NCBI RefSeq assembly: GCF_018977255.1
Contig: NW_024704742.1
Span: 119,476,001 to 119,540,000 of the forward strand
Direction: 5' to 3'
Origin: Callorhinchus milii
Taxonomy: Eukaryota
DNA: 64,000 bases
Part shown: positions 26,357 through 41,556 of the stretch, piece after piece
Numbering within the stretch: position 1 is the stretch's first letter
Layout of the letters: every line of letters begins with the position of its first letter
Translations under genes and position numbers: made by a program
Notes under the pieces: model-generated
Told to the model about the DNA's origin: nothing
Seen by the model: only the letters and a program-made list of their open reading frames with translations
The model's database searches: none

Positions 26357-27808
26357 GTTTCATGTTGCTTCACCCATTTTTCCCACAAGTTGCTTTAGTT
26401 TCAAACAAATTAACTTTAGTGTCTGTTAGATATTGATTATACACTGGATGAAGCAAATGATGCCATTGCAAACAATGCAGCAAATAATTGTAAGCTGCAT
26501 AATGCTAAAATAAATGACAGATGTTTAATCAAATATAAAAGTGCACATCTAAATTAGAAGCTACCTTCAATTAGCTTCTTTAAATGTAATAATTAAAAAA
26601 ATTACAACTTAATTTACATAACATTTTGAGCTCTTCAGACAGAGCATAATCAACAGCTGGAATGGATAACCAGGTTTGGCAGTTGACCTTGGGTTTATTT
26701 GAGGAACAGCTGGTTGCTGTCTCCAATGTGAGTTCACATTTAGACTTTATCATAGGTAACATCTACATCAGGTTCAATATCTCTCTGTTAGCACATTTTC
26801 TCCACGTATCAGCTAGAATGTCAGTCACACCTCAAGGTCTATTACTTTGACTTCTTTCATCTTTATTTTGTTCGTTTACAAAACACACAGTCACTACACT
26901 TTTCGGTATATCCTATGAAGCACTTTGAGACATCCTCCTGATGTGAAAGGCGCAACATCAAATTTAAAGATTATCATCATCTGTGTTATCTAATGAAGGT
27001 TGCTTTGACATTAAATTATAATGAGGACATTGTATAAAGTGATGCCAGGCACTTATTTATTCAGATTGATCTTGATTCAAAGCATGTCACTGCGTGTTCT
27101 GGAAGGATAAAATGAAATGGTCCAAAGGACATTATTCACCCAAACACGCCTTATAAGCCAATATCTAGATTTGATTCAAAGTTGAAACATCTCAAACGTT
27201 TCAGAGTTTTCTGTAAATTGTAGTGACTACATACGTAGGTGATCGCAACAGCCAATTTGCACATAGCAATAGCCCACAAACAGCCAGGAGGTAAAAGGCT
27301 AATTGAACTGAACATTTCTCTAATATCTCCAAAAAAATTAAATCAAATCAGAGAATTCAGGGTAGAGGCTGGGTACATTCATACAGAAGAAGGGAATAGC
27401 AGCTGTTTCAGTGCATCTTTCCCATCCCCACTTCAGTTTCTACTGGGTGCTCAGCCCTGTGCGCTGGCTTGTTCCTATGCTAAAAATAAGGCTGACTTCT
27501 GAGTCGTTAGGTTGCCACTTCATCACTTCCTGCTTTGTGCATATGCAGTAAACAGGAGATGAGGTTAGTCATCCAGCAGGCAGTGAGCAGGCTGGCTGAG
27601 TGTACACATAAGTGAATGAGATTTAGACAGCAACCACATTATAACCAAATTTGGGCTGTAAAGAAGAGCATTATAATGGGGCCATACTGAATAGGTCCAA
27701 TTCAATTTAATTATGTTCTTGAAATATATAAAATCTAATTTGACCTTTGAATTGTACGTTTCTTGTTGCAAATGATCATAGATTTCATTCCAGAATGATT
27801 CATATTCA

Positions 27809-27973
<165 letters not shown>

Positions 27974-28810
27974 TCAGAACATAAACATGAATGATTCAGG
28001 ACACTCAATCCTACTCCTCGGATTAATAGGCACATACAATAACTTGCAGCCCTTCATGCAGGGTAGCGTCCAGGAGTGCTGAACAACGGCTCAGCTTAAT
28101 GCCGATCCAGAAGAAAGGGGAGGTGATCGTAGGCACGGTTGAAAAGGAAGGACTTCAGGTGCGATCTGAAGAGGAGCAAGGCGGAGGGATTGAGCTCATA
28201 AAGCCATATATGTTAAATCATCATCCATAGTTGAAGAAAGCTATTATATTAGAAAATTCACATTTCACTGGCCTTCTGGCCATTAACCCATTAACAGGTA
28301 GAAATTCCACCAGGGTCTATATTTGCTCTATTTGTGTAGCATTTTAGAATGGCCATAATTTGGCAAATTTTTAAGTTCAGCCTTAATCTTGAGATCTGTT
28401 TTCTGTAGGTTCTTTTAAGAATGATTTCCTCAAAGTTAATAATAATAATCCTTGCATTTGATACAGCGCCTTACCACTTCTTCGAGATGTCTCAAAGCTC
28501 TTCACAGGATATACCGTAAAGTGGAGTGACTGTATATTTTATGGGCGAAACTCGGCAGCCAATTGCGTACAGCAGTGTCCCACAAACAGCTGTGAATTGA
28601 GTGACTTTAAAAAGACTGAATTCAACAATTTGCCAAGTTCTGGATGTTCTGAAATGATACATAAATAAATCTAGACCTAAGTGGAATTTCTCCAAATGAG
28701 TTTCTCCACACAAGTGGAGAATTCCAATTTTTATAACAATAAGTTTGGCAACAGTAACAAAATTATATTTGACTGAAATGTGAATTTGGATTTGCTGAAG
28801 TTAAGTTTTA

Positions 28811-29131
<321 letters not shown>

Positions 29132-29868
29132 CTATACATTCCTCCACACCCACACCTTTCCCAACAGGGACACTGGTACCACTGAGTTCCTTGCACTATG
29201 TGATACATTGCAGTTTGAAGCTATTCATGTAGCACCCAATACTATCTCCAAACAGATATTTATCCAGTTCATTTTTGATGAACTAATCCACTCAGCCTCA
29301 TTTTGTGGAGGGATTGTTTCACATCTCCATTGCTCAGTAGGAAGAAATATCTTTTAATCTCTAGTCTCGCTTCAGGCTGGTTAATTTTAAACCACTATTC
29401 TCCAGTTCTGCTCTAATGATCGAGTAGCCTTACTTACATCTATCTACATCATCTGTGCCTCACAGCAATTTAAGATGCAAAGCTTTAATGTTGTGAGAAT
29501 GTGATGATTCAGACTGGATGATCGGTAAAAAAACAACTGATGATGGTTCACCAACACACTAAATGTTTAAATATTGTACACATCACCGATAATATGCTAC
29601 ATCAAAGTAATCTTAAACTTCAACTATGTATTAAACCATTGTTGAAAACTCAGTGAACATTTTGTTTTTAAACTGTCGACAGTGATGTTGATGAATTGCA
29701 TTGCAACACAGAGTCTCAAGCCAGAAGCCCCACTGAAACTTCAGACAATTTCCTCTGAGTGACGTACCCCTCTGGGCAACAGTGTTACCGTGATGCAGTG
29801 TTGGTGGCATCACATTCTTACAGACCCAATGAAGTCATGGAAAAGTTCTGGTCTCAATCAACACTCAC

Positions 29869-29954
29869 CCATATGCTCCATTACTGATCAGTTTCATGGT
29901 TTCAAAATCACTTTCACGGGGTTTACGTCGACTTTGTACCGAGGGACCGAAGCT
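29869..29954 (-). CDS. MAST4: MAST4 exon j: SFGPSVQSRRKPRESDFETMKLISNGAY(G) (kinase G-loop)
   Basis: acccag|AGCTTC...ATATGG|gtgagt; 86 nt. Confidence 0.96.
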
Positions 29955-30287
29955 CTGGGTAGAAAAAGGGGAAAAAGATATTAAAACTGAGGCAGAACTG
30001 AGATGTGCAGCTGGTTGGCTGGGCCATGAAGTGGAGTGGAATGTCCCACACATGTTAATTACCACATCACACATGAAGTTTTCACACCATTGTGGTTTTT
30101 CCAACTCTGCTTGGGCAATACATAGGTAGCCACAAGTTGTGATACTTCCGCACAGTTGGAGTGGAGATGGGAGGGGGTATTCTCTAAGGAGAATATGGCT
30201 GGGTTGTTTGCACACAAGCATCTAAATTAATAACATTGGTAGAAGGTTGGGCAGATTATCTCAGCGTATTGGCTGACCATGGTACAT

Positions 30288-30732
30288 AATAATAATAATA
30301 ATAATAATATGTACCATAGGCACTTTTGATAAAGCGCCTTATCATGTTGTTGAGACGTCTCAAAGTGCTTCACAGGAAATACTGTAAAGTGGATTGACTG
30401 ATGATTTATTTTGTGGGTGAGATTGCGCATACCAATGTCTGACAAACAGCTATGGAGTAAGTAACCAATTTTATTTGAGGGATTGTTGGCCAGGACTCCA
30501 GAAGAATCTCTCTCCTCTTTTCAGATAGTGCCATGGGATCTTTAATGCCCATCTGAACAGGCACATTTTAATGTCTCATCTGAAGGATGGCACCTCTGAC
30601 AATGCAACACGCCACCAGCATTGCATTGCAATAACAGCTTAGACAATGTGATTCCAAGTCCCAACGTGGGGCTTGAACCCACAGCCTTCTGACTCAGAAG
30701 TGAGAGTGCATCCGCTGTGCCAGGCTGACACA
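30288..30732 (-). mobile_element. Older DeuSINE-like SINE, full length
   Basis: Colinear with 11140-11578. Confidence 0.82.
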
Positions 30733-31895
30733 CGCTGACACACACACGCACGAACAAGAGATAAAAGAATAAAAATAAACATAATGTAAGTGGTGAAATT
30801 AACCATATTTCCTATACCTATATATTTACAATTCACCAAGCAAATTAAATTCTATCCAATGTTACATTTTATTTTTTATTTTACAGTTTGTGTAAATCAT
30901 AAGGGACCGGTTAACTATACTGGCTTTCATGTGATATTGATATTAATAATATTGTGTTATTAATTTCTGCAAAGGTTAAATTTGTTATGAATATACAAAT
31001 GTGGTTTATAATGCAGTCAATAAATCAATACATTTCCTGAAAACTGCTACTGGCTTCTCATCGCACACAGGTAAATCAATGATGTTGTAGCTGTGAATAC
31101 TTGTGGGGAAATCAATTCTGGCAGGGAAGGACAGCTGAAATTAAATCATTTCAAACTGAAGGATTGCGCAAACAGTTTACTTACACTTTTGGAAGTTGCA
31201 TTTCATTGCAAAGGTCTAACCTAACATATAGATTTTTGATTTTGGTCAGATGGGTGTCAGACACATATCGAAGCCCATTACCATGGTTAAGAGTATACAA
31301 ACCAGACTGAGAATTCCACATATACACAACTCCACAGGGAAATCTCTCTGTGCCTGGAATGGAATGTACACTCCGTTTTGCTCACCTAATTCAGAAGAGT
31401 ACTAGGTGCAGATTGGTGAAAGTCAAGGCTTAGAGCACCCACGGTGTACAATGAGGGGAGAAATGCTGGAGTTTAACTAGCTAGACCAGCGTATCTTGAC
31501 TGTGAGAGCGTTATTATATGTGCAGAAAGTTAAAGTTACGGTACTTCACAATTACATTGATTGCAACATGAATTGAACATATTGAACCAGTTAAAACATT
31601 CCAGCAAGGGCTTCCTATTACAAAGACGCTCAGGTTTTCGATCGGAGACTGGGTAATTATAATCCTGCTGCTCTTCTCTGAGGTTGTTTGTGTGATGTAA
31701 ATCTCAGAGGTCACAGAGGTCAGCAGGTTTCTGTAATGGACTGATACAAAAACCTGAATCACTTCAATGATAGATTATGGATGGAAGATATTCTTTGTAA
31801 AACAAGATACATATGTGCGATCTATCTCCAGCAGCAGAATTGTATAGCTTTATATTGTTTCTGCAAAAACATTGGTGCATAAAGAGCAAACTTAC

Positions 31896-31963
31896 ACTTA
31901 CCGAGTCATCAGTTTCAGGAGTTCCTGCTGTCCCACTATCATAGCTAGCCAGCTGGGCCATTT
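31896..31963 (-). CDS. MAST4: MAST4 exon i: EMAQLASYDSGTAGTPETDDSVS
   Basis: AAG acceptor (ttaaaag|AAATGG); tandem GTAAGT-GTAAGT donors; 68 nt using the distal donor. Confidence 0.9.
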
Positions 31964-33409
31964 CTTTTAATAAAATAAGGTATTGATTTAGGAGCAAAAA
32001 AGTTGCACACAAGAATGTAATTTGACACTATAGAACAATTATAGTAATGTTCAGTTTCTTCCGCAACAGTTTGATGCTTCACAGTTGTACTGCAGTGCTA
32101 CATAATCTTATAGAGATTGGATATATCATTTATTGAATTCACTGAATTAATATTCTTTACTTAAGCACATGCAGAGTTAATTCCACTCGTCTCCGCAATT
32201 CCCGTTGTGTGCTCGATGTAGCATTTCTCAATGCTGTTTCAGTCCATTTTATCCTAACCATTATACCGCTTACCTAGGAATTAAATTTGTCACAACTTGC
32301 AGCAGTTGTTTGATAACCAAAACGAGCGAGCAATTGCTAAATTAAATAGTGGGTAAACGGAGCGTTCAGCAATGCCTGATGAGACTTCTGAAAAAATATC
32401 TAAAGCAGCGCAACATCTGTCCTTTGTACACAAGCAAACAATTTCTGAGTGGTCTTTCTAAGTAGAGATAAGACTGCTGATACAAGAGCAATGGACAAAA
32501 CAATTCCTCCTGAGGGAAACCCATTTGTGATGCAGTCACGAATGTCTAATACACTGCAAATGTCTTTTGTGATTGTTCTTTGGATAAATTGAATTTATTT
32601 GATATCATCTCCTCATAACACCTAAGGTCCTCAGATCGCAGTGTGAACATATATAATCTGTAGGACTAAACCGTACAGTTGCAAACTGGATTAGTAACTG
32701 AAGCAATTGCAGCACCTTAAGAAATGTGTTCATCTCAGATCCGAGAGTAAGTCGAAGGGCGACAGAGAAACAGAAACAATTTGTTTAATTACATGGGTTC
32801 CAATTAGATGCTCAAATGCATTTTTAATGACTGTTTCTAATGTACAAATACTGCTGTGTTTGGGGTTTAACAGAGCACTGAGGCAGCTAAAAATGAATGT
32901 CACAGTTAGCTGAACTGTGCCAAGTGAGCAGGGATGGGAGGAAGTCAAGTAGAAGAGTTGCAGGCATCCTAGTCAACCCAGCCAAGGTTTAAATAATATG
33001 CAGTCTCCTAATGCATAATCCATGGCAGACCAGTTGATGCCTGGTGCCTCAGATATTAATTATATGCTAATTCTGGCATATCTAAGTAGGTAGGTGCCTT
33101 AATACAGAACCCCAGGCTATCTTTTAACAGAATCCTGCATCTGCACTTTCCACAACGTAATAACTACAAATTAATGAATTTGCAAAATTATGCATCCTCA
33201 AAATTACTTTTAACAGTTGGTGCCGAGACTGGTAGACATACAATTAAGATTCACTGTTTAAATTAATCTTAGCAGCTATTTTCATATTTTGGGAGAAATG
33301 TGTTCCTGCAACTATTAGGAAAATACCACCAGAACCTCCGTCCTTCAATAATTATCTCACAGAAAAAGACCAATAATGTACAGGCAGCTTTGTTAGCAAT
33401 GGAACTCAC

Positions 33410-33542
33410 CTTCCAAGGGATCCTTAGTTAGGCCCAATTGACTGATGATATACCGGGGAATGTCTGTCTTAATGCCTTGTCCTTCCTTAGCATGGCCTTC
33501 TGCTGCTTCCAACAAGTGATAGAATTCTTCAGGGTCAAATTC
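33410..33542 (-). CDS. MAST4: MAST4 exon h: [44 protein letters not shown]
   Basis: ttttag|GAATTT...TGGAAG|gtgagt; 133 nt. Confidence 0.97.
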
Positions 33543-34296
33543 CTAAAATATTAATACACTTTTAGTCAAAACTTTACATAAATCCAGTGGTGACAAAATC
33601 CTAAAACTTTCATTGTCACCTGGGGGTTCTGCTTGGTCAGCAAATATTCTTTGATCAAGTCAAGGTAATGCTAAGTTGAAGCAATAACAAGAAATTGCAT
33701 TTACAGGGTTCCTTCCACGTAAAAAGGATTTTTTGTCATCCTCAATTTTAATTTTGTTCAGTGTTTGTAGACGTTATTGGCGCAGATTGGCTGTTATGTT
33801 TGCCAACCAATACTCTATATCATTTTATTATTTCCATCATCCTATTCTTTGATTGTTCTTAAAATTAGGACGCATTGTGTGATTCAGATGGAAGTAAACA
33901 CACAACCCTGCTATTTCCATGGAGTCTTTCTCCAGTTATCCCTGCTTACATTCCCTCCCTGATCCAAATTGACTCCCAAATTCAAATAATTGTCTGCTCA
34001 TCTCATTGTTGTTCATGGGGATATTACTGGAGCTGATGAGCCTTTGTGGTTTGCCAACATAACCACATTCACACTCTTACTTATTCTAATTTTAGTTATA
34101 CCCAAAATATTTATTTTGTTAAGAATAATCTTTGCATTTGATAGAGCGCCTATTTGAGGACAGCCCCTACAAAGTTAGAACATAGCCAACAACAGATTGC
34201 ATTTCTATAGTGCCTTTCAAATCGGGAGGACGTCCCAAAACACTTCACAGGTAACAGCTGTTAAGTTTGGTGGTTACTGAAGTTGAAGTAACTTAC

Positions 34297-34398
34297 CAGA
34301 CATTCCAGCAGTCGAGCTGGGCGAGCAATGATGATCAATAATTTCTTGACCAATTGATCAATAACTGCGACTTCACTACTTTCAGAACGCTCGTGAGC
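34297..34398 (-). CDS. MAST4: MAST4 exon g: [34 protein letters not shown]
   Basis: atttag|GCTCAC...TGTCTG|gtaagt; 102 nt. Confidence 0.97.
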
Positions 34399-37300
34399 CT
34401 AAATATACAAAAGAAATAGTATTTCACATCACCTGAGTAAATGATGTTAATGATCCGACAAAATTTTTAATGAATGTAATTCAAAAAAAATTCAGAATCT
34501 GTACCAAACAAACATATGAGCCAGTCAGAGTATTTCACACCCTTCCTGGTACACATTTAAACATTTAATTCTCAAAAGCAATTTTACCTAGATTAAAGCT
34601 GAATCGGGCTCGAATTACAACTACTTGCGTTGTCAATCATTCGACTTCACAGATCATTAAATTGACTTTAGGCTCATAAACCTGATTAGCATTACACTTG
34701 AGCACCATTGAATATCTGGGATATGGAGCAGATGGCATTGTGTTATAAGTCAGTCATAGAAGACACCACCTTGGCTCTCTAAAGGCAAATGTGGCTTGCA
34801 AGCCAATTAATGCACAAGGAGAATTCCCTATCCTACCATAAACCACACAGGGATGGTTATTAACAGAAGTAACGAGTAGCTGGTTTAAGAATGTATGTGT
34901 TGGGGGGGAGGGGGGCCTGCTGTTGCGAACACTTTTACTGCTAAGTAGGAGTAATAGTGCAACATCGGAATTTTTGAGTCAGATAGCTCTCACTCAGCAG
35001 TAATTTATGGTCAATAAAAAATGCTGCATCTTTTTTAGGGCAGAATATGGGCTGAAAGTGAATCTAGGACAATGAAATGGAGACCTGTGAAATAAATGCA
35101 AAAAACTCCAATAATGAATATTAAAATCTAATTTTATATTTGCACTCTTTTTGTTAACCCTCCCCAAAAAGACAGTGTTCCATTAATAGCCAGTCTGTGA
35201 TTTTAAAACTTGCTGTGTAATACTAAGAAAATGTCAACAGAAACCAAGATTATGGTGTAATAGTGTTCCTTCCAATTGTTCTTTTTGCAGACGATCAATT
35301 TCTGTTCATTAACATTCTGGGTTATATATATATATATTATATATATATCTGAGAAACACTTTTCCAAGAGTTACAGGAGTTATTTAAAAATCTTAATATC
35401 CCCAAATGGCAAAGCTGCTTATCACATGAAACATAAGAAAACAGGTACAGGAGGAGGTCATTCAGACCACTGAGCCTGCTCCAACAGTTTATTAGATCTT
35501 GGCAGGTTTTTTTATTCCGAATGTGCTTCCCTTTCGCCATAACCCTCATCAAACAGATGCCTCGTCTAAAGATCTCTTTCATAATTAATTTAAATGATTA
35601 CAAAGTGGAGGAACAAATGTCTGAATATTTACAATAATAGTAATCCTTGCCTTTACTGTAACCCCTTTCAATATAACAAGCTGTTGCAAGGCGTAACCCA
35701 TAGTCTGGGTTGTGAACACATGTTTATATATCCAGGGCTGGAATCCACCTTGATTGGTTTGCAGAGAGATAAGCACTTGCTGCTCAACATCTCCAACTGG
35801 TGAAACAATCACTGAATATGTTGGGATGTGTGTCCAAGCTGTGGGAGGAGGATGGTGGCAATTCTCTCACACATTTCCTGTGCTGCACATCAGGAAGCTC
35901 ACAGGGAGTTCCTGGTACCTGACACCTGCCTAGTGACGGCTCAATCTGCACTTGTCACATGTCAAATGACCAAAGAGTAAATATTCTCTTGGGGAAAGAG
36001 GTAAGGGGAATCTCCTTGGAGCTGTGACATGCTTGGCAATGGAATGTCAAAATTAAGTCAATCTTCTGTGGCTGTCTCAGAAGTTTAGTCCCCGAGACAG
36101 GCATGTCTGCAGTTCTCCAGGCCACTGCTAATGTCAGACCAGCCAGTCTTAACCTCAGTTAAGAAATGCAATTGGTGCTGGAAACCAATTATGTGGGAAA
36201 TGTGGAATAAACTCCAGAGATATGGGGAAAAGCTGGATAAATGGAACTGAATTGCTGTTTAAAAGAGCCAGCACAGACACAATGGGCTGAATGGCCTTCT
36301 GTGCTGTAAATATCTATAGTTCTACGTTACACTTTCACAGATTGCTTGGCTATTGACGTATGGGATATTATTCATGGTCTGACAAGGAATAAAGTTCATA
36401 AACTGTATGCAATGGGCTAGAGATTTAGCCAAGTATGTGAGAACTCCATATCTGAACATGACATCAACTGCATTATTTATCCTCAATTACATCTTGTCCT
36501 GTAAAAAAAGAAAGGACTGCACCTTATAATATTATCAGACCCTCCCTCAGCACAACAGAGTTGTTAGCATAGATTCTGAGATCAAACTGTAGTGTGGGGC
36601 TCAAAGCCACAACACTCTGGTCAAGCGAGCCAAGCTGTCACTAAAACATTTCCATTTGCATATAAATTTACACAATGCACAGGCTGTGATTGTCTTCTTA
36701 TACGCCATTAACATTTTAAATACGTTTATTGAAATATATCAGCAACTCACAACTACCCATGCAATACACACCCTCAGATTAACAAAGCTTTAAAATGTAC
36801 CGACGTGACTTTAGTGTGTAGTATGCAGCAAGCACTGACTTGTAACAGAAGTCACAAACAACAAGTTCTGCTTGCAATCAGATGTGTATCACATTTTTGC
36901 TCTGCAACATGAATGATATCTGCTTAGCTTGCTGTAATTATGTGGAAATCCATCACCATGCTTAAGAAATATCCAAACCAGGCAGGTTCTGCATATTTAT
37001 GCCACCTACACATGGACATTTCTCCAGGTCAGAGTGATGCACTTTGCTTGCATAATTAAAGCGCATTAGATGTAGGCTGGTGAGAGCCAAGGTTTGGGGA
37101 CCCCAGAATGTGCGTTGGGGTTTAACCAGCTAAAATCACATTGAGAGCACAGACTATCAAGCTGAATTTGTGCAGCATGGTGCTTTGTATGTGAATGTCA
37201 GCACCTTTTGTTTTCATTCATTAGGTACCTTTAATGAAACTCTGTCGTGTTTGTGGCAATTACTCACAGATTAATTTTGAACAAAACCGTAAATATTTTT

Positions 37301-37980
37301 TATTTTCCAAGTACTCAGTAAAATAATGAGCTTCTGAAAATAAAATCAAGACAATGAAAAAAAACGAATGCATAAATTTTCAAAAAAAAATCAGATTCTA
37401 AGGGTCATTGACCAAGGTGAATACAAACAAAGCCCACATTTGTTTTAGCCATAAGAGCTGATTCAACAGATGAAATATTTATTGTCCATGTGTCACACTT
37501 CATCCTCATAAATAAAGTCTTTATTTTGTTATTGAGCTTTCATGCCCAAATAACTGGAGAGATGCCAGGATTCTCTGCATTCATCCAGAGTCAATTGACA
37601 AGATCAATTTATTCATATGTAGAATGCAACCCTCTTAATTTAGAAACTGTATCATTAAAACAAAATGAGAAGAGAACATCAATTTCAGGCAGTCAGCAAG
37701 GGAACAAAAAGGTGGAGATTAGGAAACTTTTTTTTGGTCAGGCATGTGCCTGACACTTGCGAACAACCTAGTGAATAAACAGTCAATATCGTTTGGTCTA
37801 ATGGTGCTTTTCAATGTTCATTTACACTAGTTTTAAGTAAACTGCTATCAGTAGCCTCAGGTATTACACTCAGCCTGATACACTGAGATGAGTTTAAAGC
37901 TACACAAAGTAATTTCTCGTGGAGATTTCCAATGACTTAATGCCATACAATTAGCAATAAGGATACTTAGAGATACCTAC

Positions 37981-38190
37981 TTCTTGCAACAATTTTTCTA
38001 GTTTTTCCTGTAATTCAAAGAAGTATCTTGATGTGATGTGGCCCAGTCGGGATTTATCCAGGCAATCTCGTGCCAGCTCAATGATCTGATGGTGTGCAAA
38101 ACTGAGGACTCCATCTGCCAATGGAAGAATGTTGTCAGGAGAGTAGCTGGTGATAATGTCCTGCAGCCTCTCCTCCATCTGGGCTGTGGC
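37981..38190 (-). CDS. MAST4: MAST4 exon f: [13 protein letters not shown]...[12 protein letters not shown]
   Basis: ccttag|GCCACA...CAAGAA|gtaggt; 210 nt. Confidence 0.97.
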
Positions 38191-38659
38191 CTAAGGATTA
38201 AAACAACATGTGTAATGTGTTTTATTGCATTAAGTATAAAAAACAAACGAGAGACATTGCTCTTTGGATAGATATTGCAAATGATTCCAGCACAAAGATG
38301 ACTTCTCAATTTTATACCACTTAGATGCATATTGACCAGTGTTTTCGGGACTTTTTAAAAAAAAAAGGAGTCATGGTTGAATTTTTTTTGATAAGTGCAT
38401 GTAAGGAAATGTTTGAAAGACTAATTTCCATTAGTCGTGCATCAAATCCCATCATATTAACTTCTATACAGTAAGTGCTCCTTACATCAGTCCTTTGTCA
38501 TCAATACGAAGAGCATTTGTAACAGGTAGTACTGATTCTTTGTAAGATAAACAGTGTGAGTTATGTTAATGTTGGCAGACAATATTACACAGTTTATATT
38601 GGCCAGCTATGGCACTTTTAAGAATATTTCTTCCTTTATTATTGCTAAATGATGTCAAT

Positions 38660-38952
38660 TCTTAAATTCAAGATCCTTGGCCTTGTTTTTTTAAATGCCT
38701 TGCATCACCCCACCTCTGTGACCTCCTGCAATTCCTCCGCCCCACCCATTCCCTATGCTCAGCAAATACCTGCCTCCTCCAAGTCCCTCGGCCAACCTGT
38801 CCACCATCTCTGGGTGAGCTTTCAGCCATTCAATTGCCCACTCTGTGGAATTCGATCGCAGAATCCCTCTGCCTCACTCCCCGACTCTTTGCTTTTATAA
38901 CCCATCTTAAGATACACAATGTGAAAAGCGCTATATACATGTAAAATTGTTG
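38660..38952 (+). mobile_element. Old L2 3' fragment
   Basis: KFKILGLVF-like start; ends gtgaaaagcgctatatacatg. Confidence 0.65.
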
Positions 38953-39543
38953 CTTTTGTCAAATTAGATTTGAATTATAAAAAAAGTCTAAATCTGCATA
39001 CCACAACAGCGCAATATGCAAATGTGCTGTCTCTAGATTCATAAGAACTGATTATAGAAAGGAGTATTGTGCAGCATGAAACTCTTTCTAAACATATTAA
39101 CGTTTAATGCATGAGATGGTTTTAGCGGCTTAAACTCCAGCAATACCCTAACTCACACGCCGGGCTCCCCAAGCCTTGGCAAATGCCAACCAATTAGGTG
39201 AACAGTGTGGGTGTCTCCAGGGAGGAAATACACATTCCCATTCCACACAAAGAGAAATTTCCATGCATGTGTGGAACTATCAGCCTGGTGAGGTCACTCT
39301 TAAGCATAACAATGAGTTTTGCATGTGTCAGACAAAAACAAATGTATCGTCTATACAGAATACATTATTCAAACATACGGCATGAAAGTTATGTGCCACT
39401 CAGCGTACTGATCATGATTTATATTCACTATGCGTACACTAAGTATTGTTAATGTTGATATTTTTTTTAAAAATTAAAATTAACAGTATGCAAATGTCTA
39501 CAGTTGAAATACTGACAGTTATATTATGGATAAAGTATCTCAC

Positions 39544-39619
39544 CTTTGGGAATCGCTCTTTGTAGACATGATTCATCATGATAATCTCATTATCCCAGCA
39601 GGCTGGTGAACGTCCAGGG
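39544..39619 (-). CDS. MAST4: MAST4 exon e: [25 protein letters not shown]
   Basis: ttgtag|CCCTGG...CCAAAG|gtgaga; 76 nt. Confidence 0.97.
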
Positions 39620-39991
39620 CTACAAACAAAACACACAACTTAATTACCCCCTTTTTTGGCTGCATGATTAACAATTATTACTCAAAACGCCCCAAAGCTA
39701 ACATTGGTAAAGGTGTTGGTCTTATTTTCCAAATTCTCTCCTTTAAGACCATTACAGAACAAATATTTGTGTGTTCAACTCTGATAGCCAGAGTCCTTAC
39801 AAGTAGTACATTTTGAACAAGTGCTGCATGGTTGTGGTTGCAATGAAACTCATTAAACTAATTATACATTTGCTATTTATCACACCAAACACGCTTTGGT
39901 GGTTTTGAGAAAACAAGGTGAATGACTGAAAAGAACAATATCAAGGTTCAAAATGAGACATCAATCAATAGTTACACCATGCCTAGTTCTT

Positions 39992-40262
39992 ATTATAATA
40001 ACTTGCATTTATATAGCATCCTTTATTCGGGTAGCGTCTCAGAGCGCTTGATAGTGGTGAAGCTTGATGCCGAACTGGGGAGAAGTGACCATAACCACGG
40101 TAAAAAAGACATGAAGACAGGGAAGGAGGAGGCAAGGGGGAAGGATTGAGGCAGTGAGTTCCATAGTTTGGGCGCGTAGTGGCACAGCTGGCCATGGTGC
40201 AAGGGAGGGGACGAGTGGTGTGCAGGAGGCAGGAGCCAGCTGAGCGAAAGCGGCAGGAATGG
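39992..40262 (-). mobile_element. Old L2 3' end
   Basis: [13 protein letters not shown] peptide; tail gctatataaatgcaagtt. Confidence 0.7.
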
Positions 40263-40408
40263 AGTGGGGAAAATATGTATAGACTGTAACAGGAAGAAGA
40301 CTGATGGAGATACATTCCACAGTCTTGGTGAGAAAGGGGGTACAATGCAATCCACTCCATAGTATTGAAATTAACTCAAAATTTGAGACTTGGGTGCAGA
40401 CTACATAC

Positions 40409-40566
40409 CTAAGGCTCCTGGAGCGTGGCCGCATTGTAGGGGGTCTGCGTCTGTCATCATTGGAAATGGCATCTGTACTACAGAAATGCTTGGAAAGAAA
40501 GTGTAGCTCATCAGGAGTTGGCTGATATGGCAGCTGATGCAGTTTCTCCTGAGATGAACAAGATGA
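40409..40566 (-). CDS. MAST4: MAST4 exon d: [31 protein letters not shown]...MRPRSRSL(S)
   Basis: tttcag|TCATCT...CCTTAG|gtatgt; 158 nt. Confidence 0.97.
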
Positions 40567-41451
40567 CTGAAAATATAAAGACAGGGAAAAGTTTAATTTG
40601 CAAGTAAGAATTCTCTCTCCCCCGCTCCCCTACTACCTCGGTGCCTCCCAGCCAGGAAATGAAGTAGCTATGGAGTCCCACTCTAGATTGCTGTCCAGTG
40701 ACGCATGCCAGAAAATATACATGTGAATGTAAAGTGATGGTAAGACCAGAGTTAACAGTGATACTCCCTAGTAGGTAGAACGGCCTGCTGAGAATCACTG
40801 GCTAGAGCCACACATGAACATTAGCCACTTGAGCAAGGTATGGAAGATGCCTGTGGAAGTTTACCTCAGGTCAAGATCCTCTGCTCATCCTCAGATCAAT
40901 AAACTCAGATGAGTAGTGGATAGAAATAGAGGGGGTGGAATGTAGAAAGGTTTACAACAAATCCCAAACAAACCATGTGTGCAATGTGTGCACTGCAGAG
41001 CAGTTCAGGTTCAGGCTTGTTGGGACTGCAGAAATGCCATTGGGCAGTGAATCGGTCAAGCCTGAACAATTCGGTTTCTAAAGCTAAATGGAAACATTTA
41101 CAGACTTTGCTCGATTACCTTCAGTAGTGAGCGACATTTCAGAGTTAGACCTCTAGCTAAGCACCCAAGATCCATGAGCATTGTACATGATGTGTTTAAA
41201 GGTGCAGGTCTGATCTGTCACATAACCTCCTCTCCCTCTGGAACTTATGCAAGAAATAACATTCCAAGTGAATATCGACATGAATAAAAAGCATCTGATA
41301 AAACAAGCTGACGTTGTTTTAGATGGCAAGCAAAGGGCTCGTTTTTGTAAGGAAACCAAATCCTTTTTCACTCTGTTGGTCTCTATTCTCAGAGGAAATT
41401 TGTTGTTCTATTGATGCTGGAAAGAGGTAACAGTCCATTTAGAAGAGATCA

Positions 41452-41556
<105 letters not shown>

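Noticed and set aside
29869..29890. Non-canonical G-loop (SNGAYG) as a sign of a pseudokinase
   Set aside because: This is normal for MAST kinases; the Lys, HRD, DFG and APE motifs are all intact.
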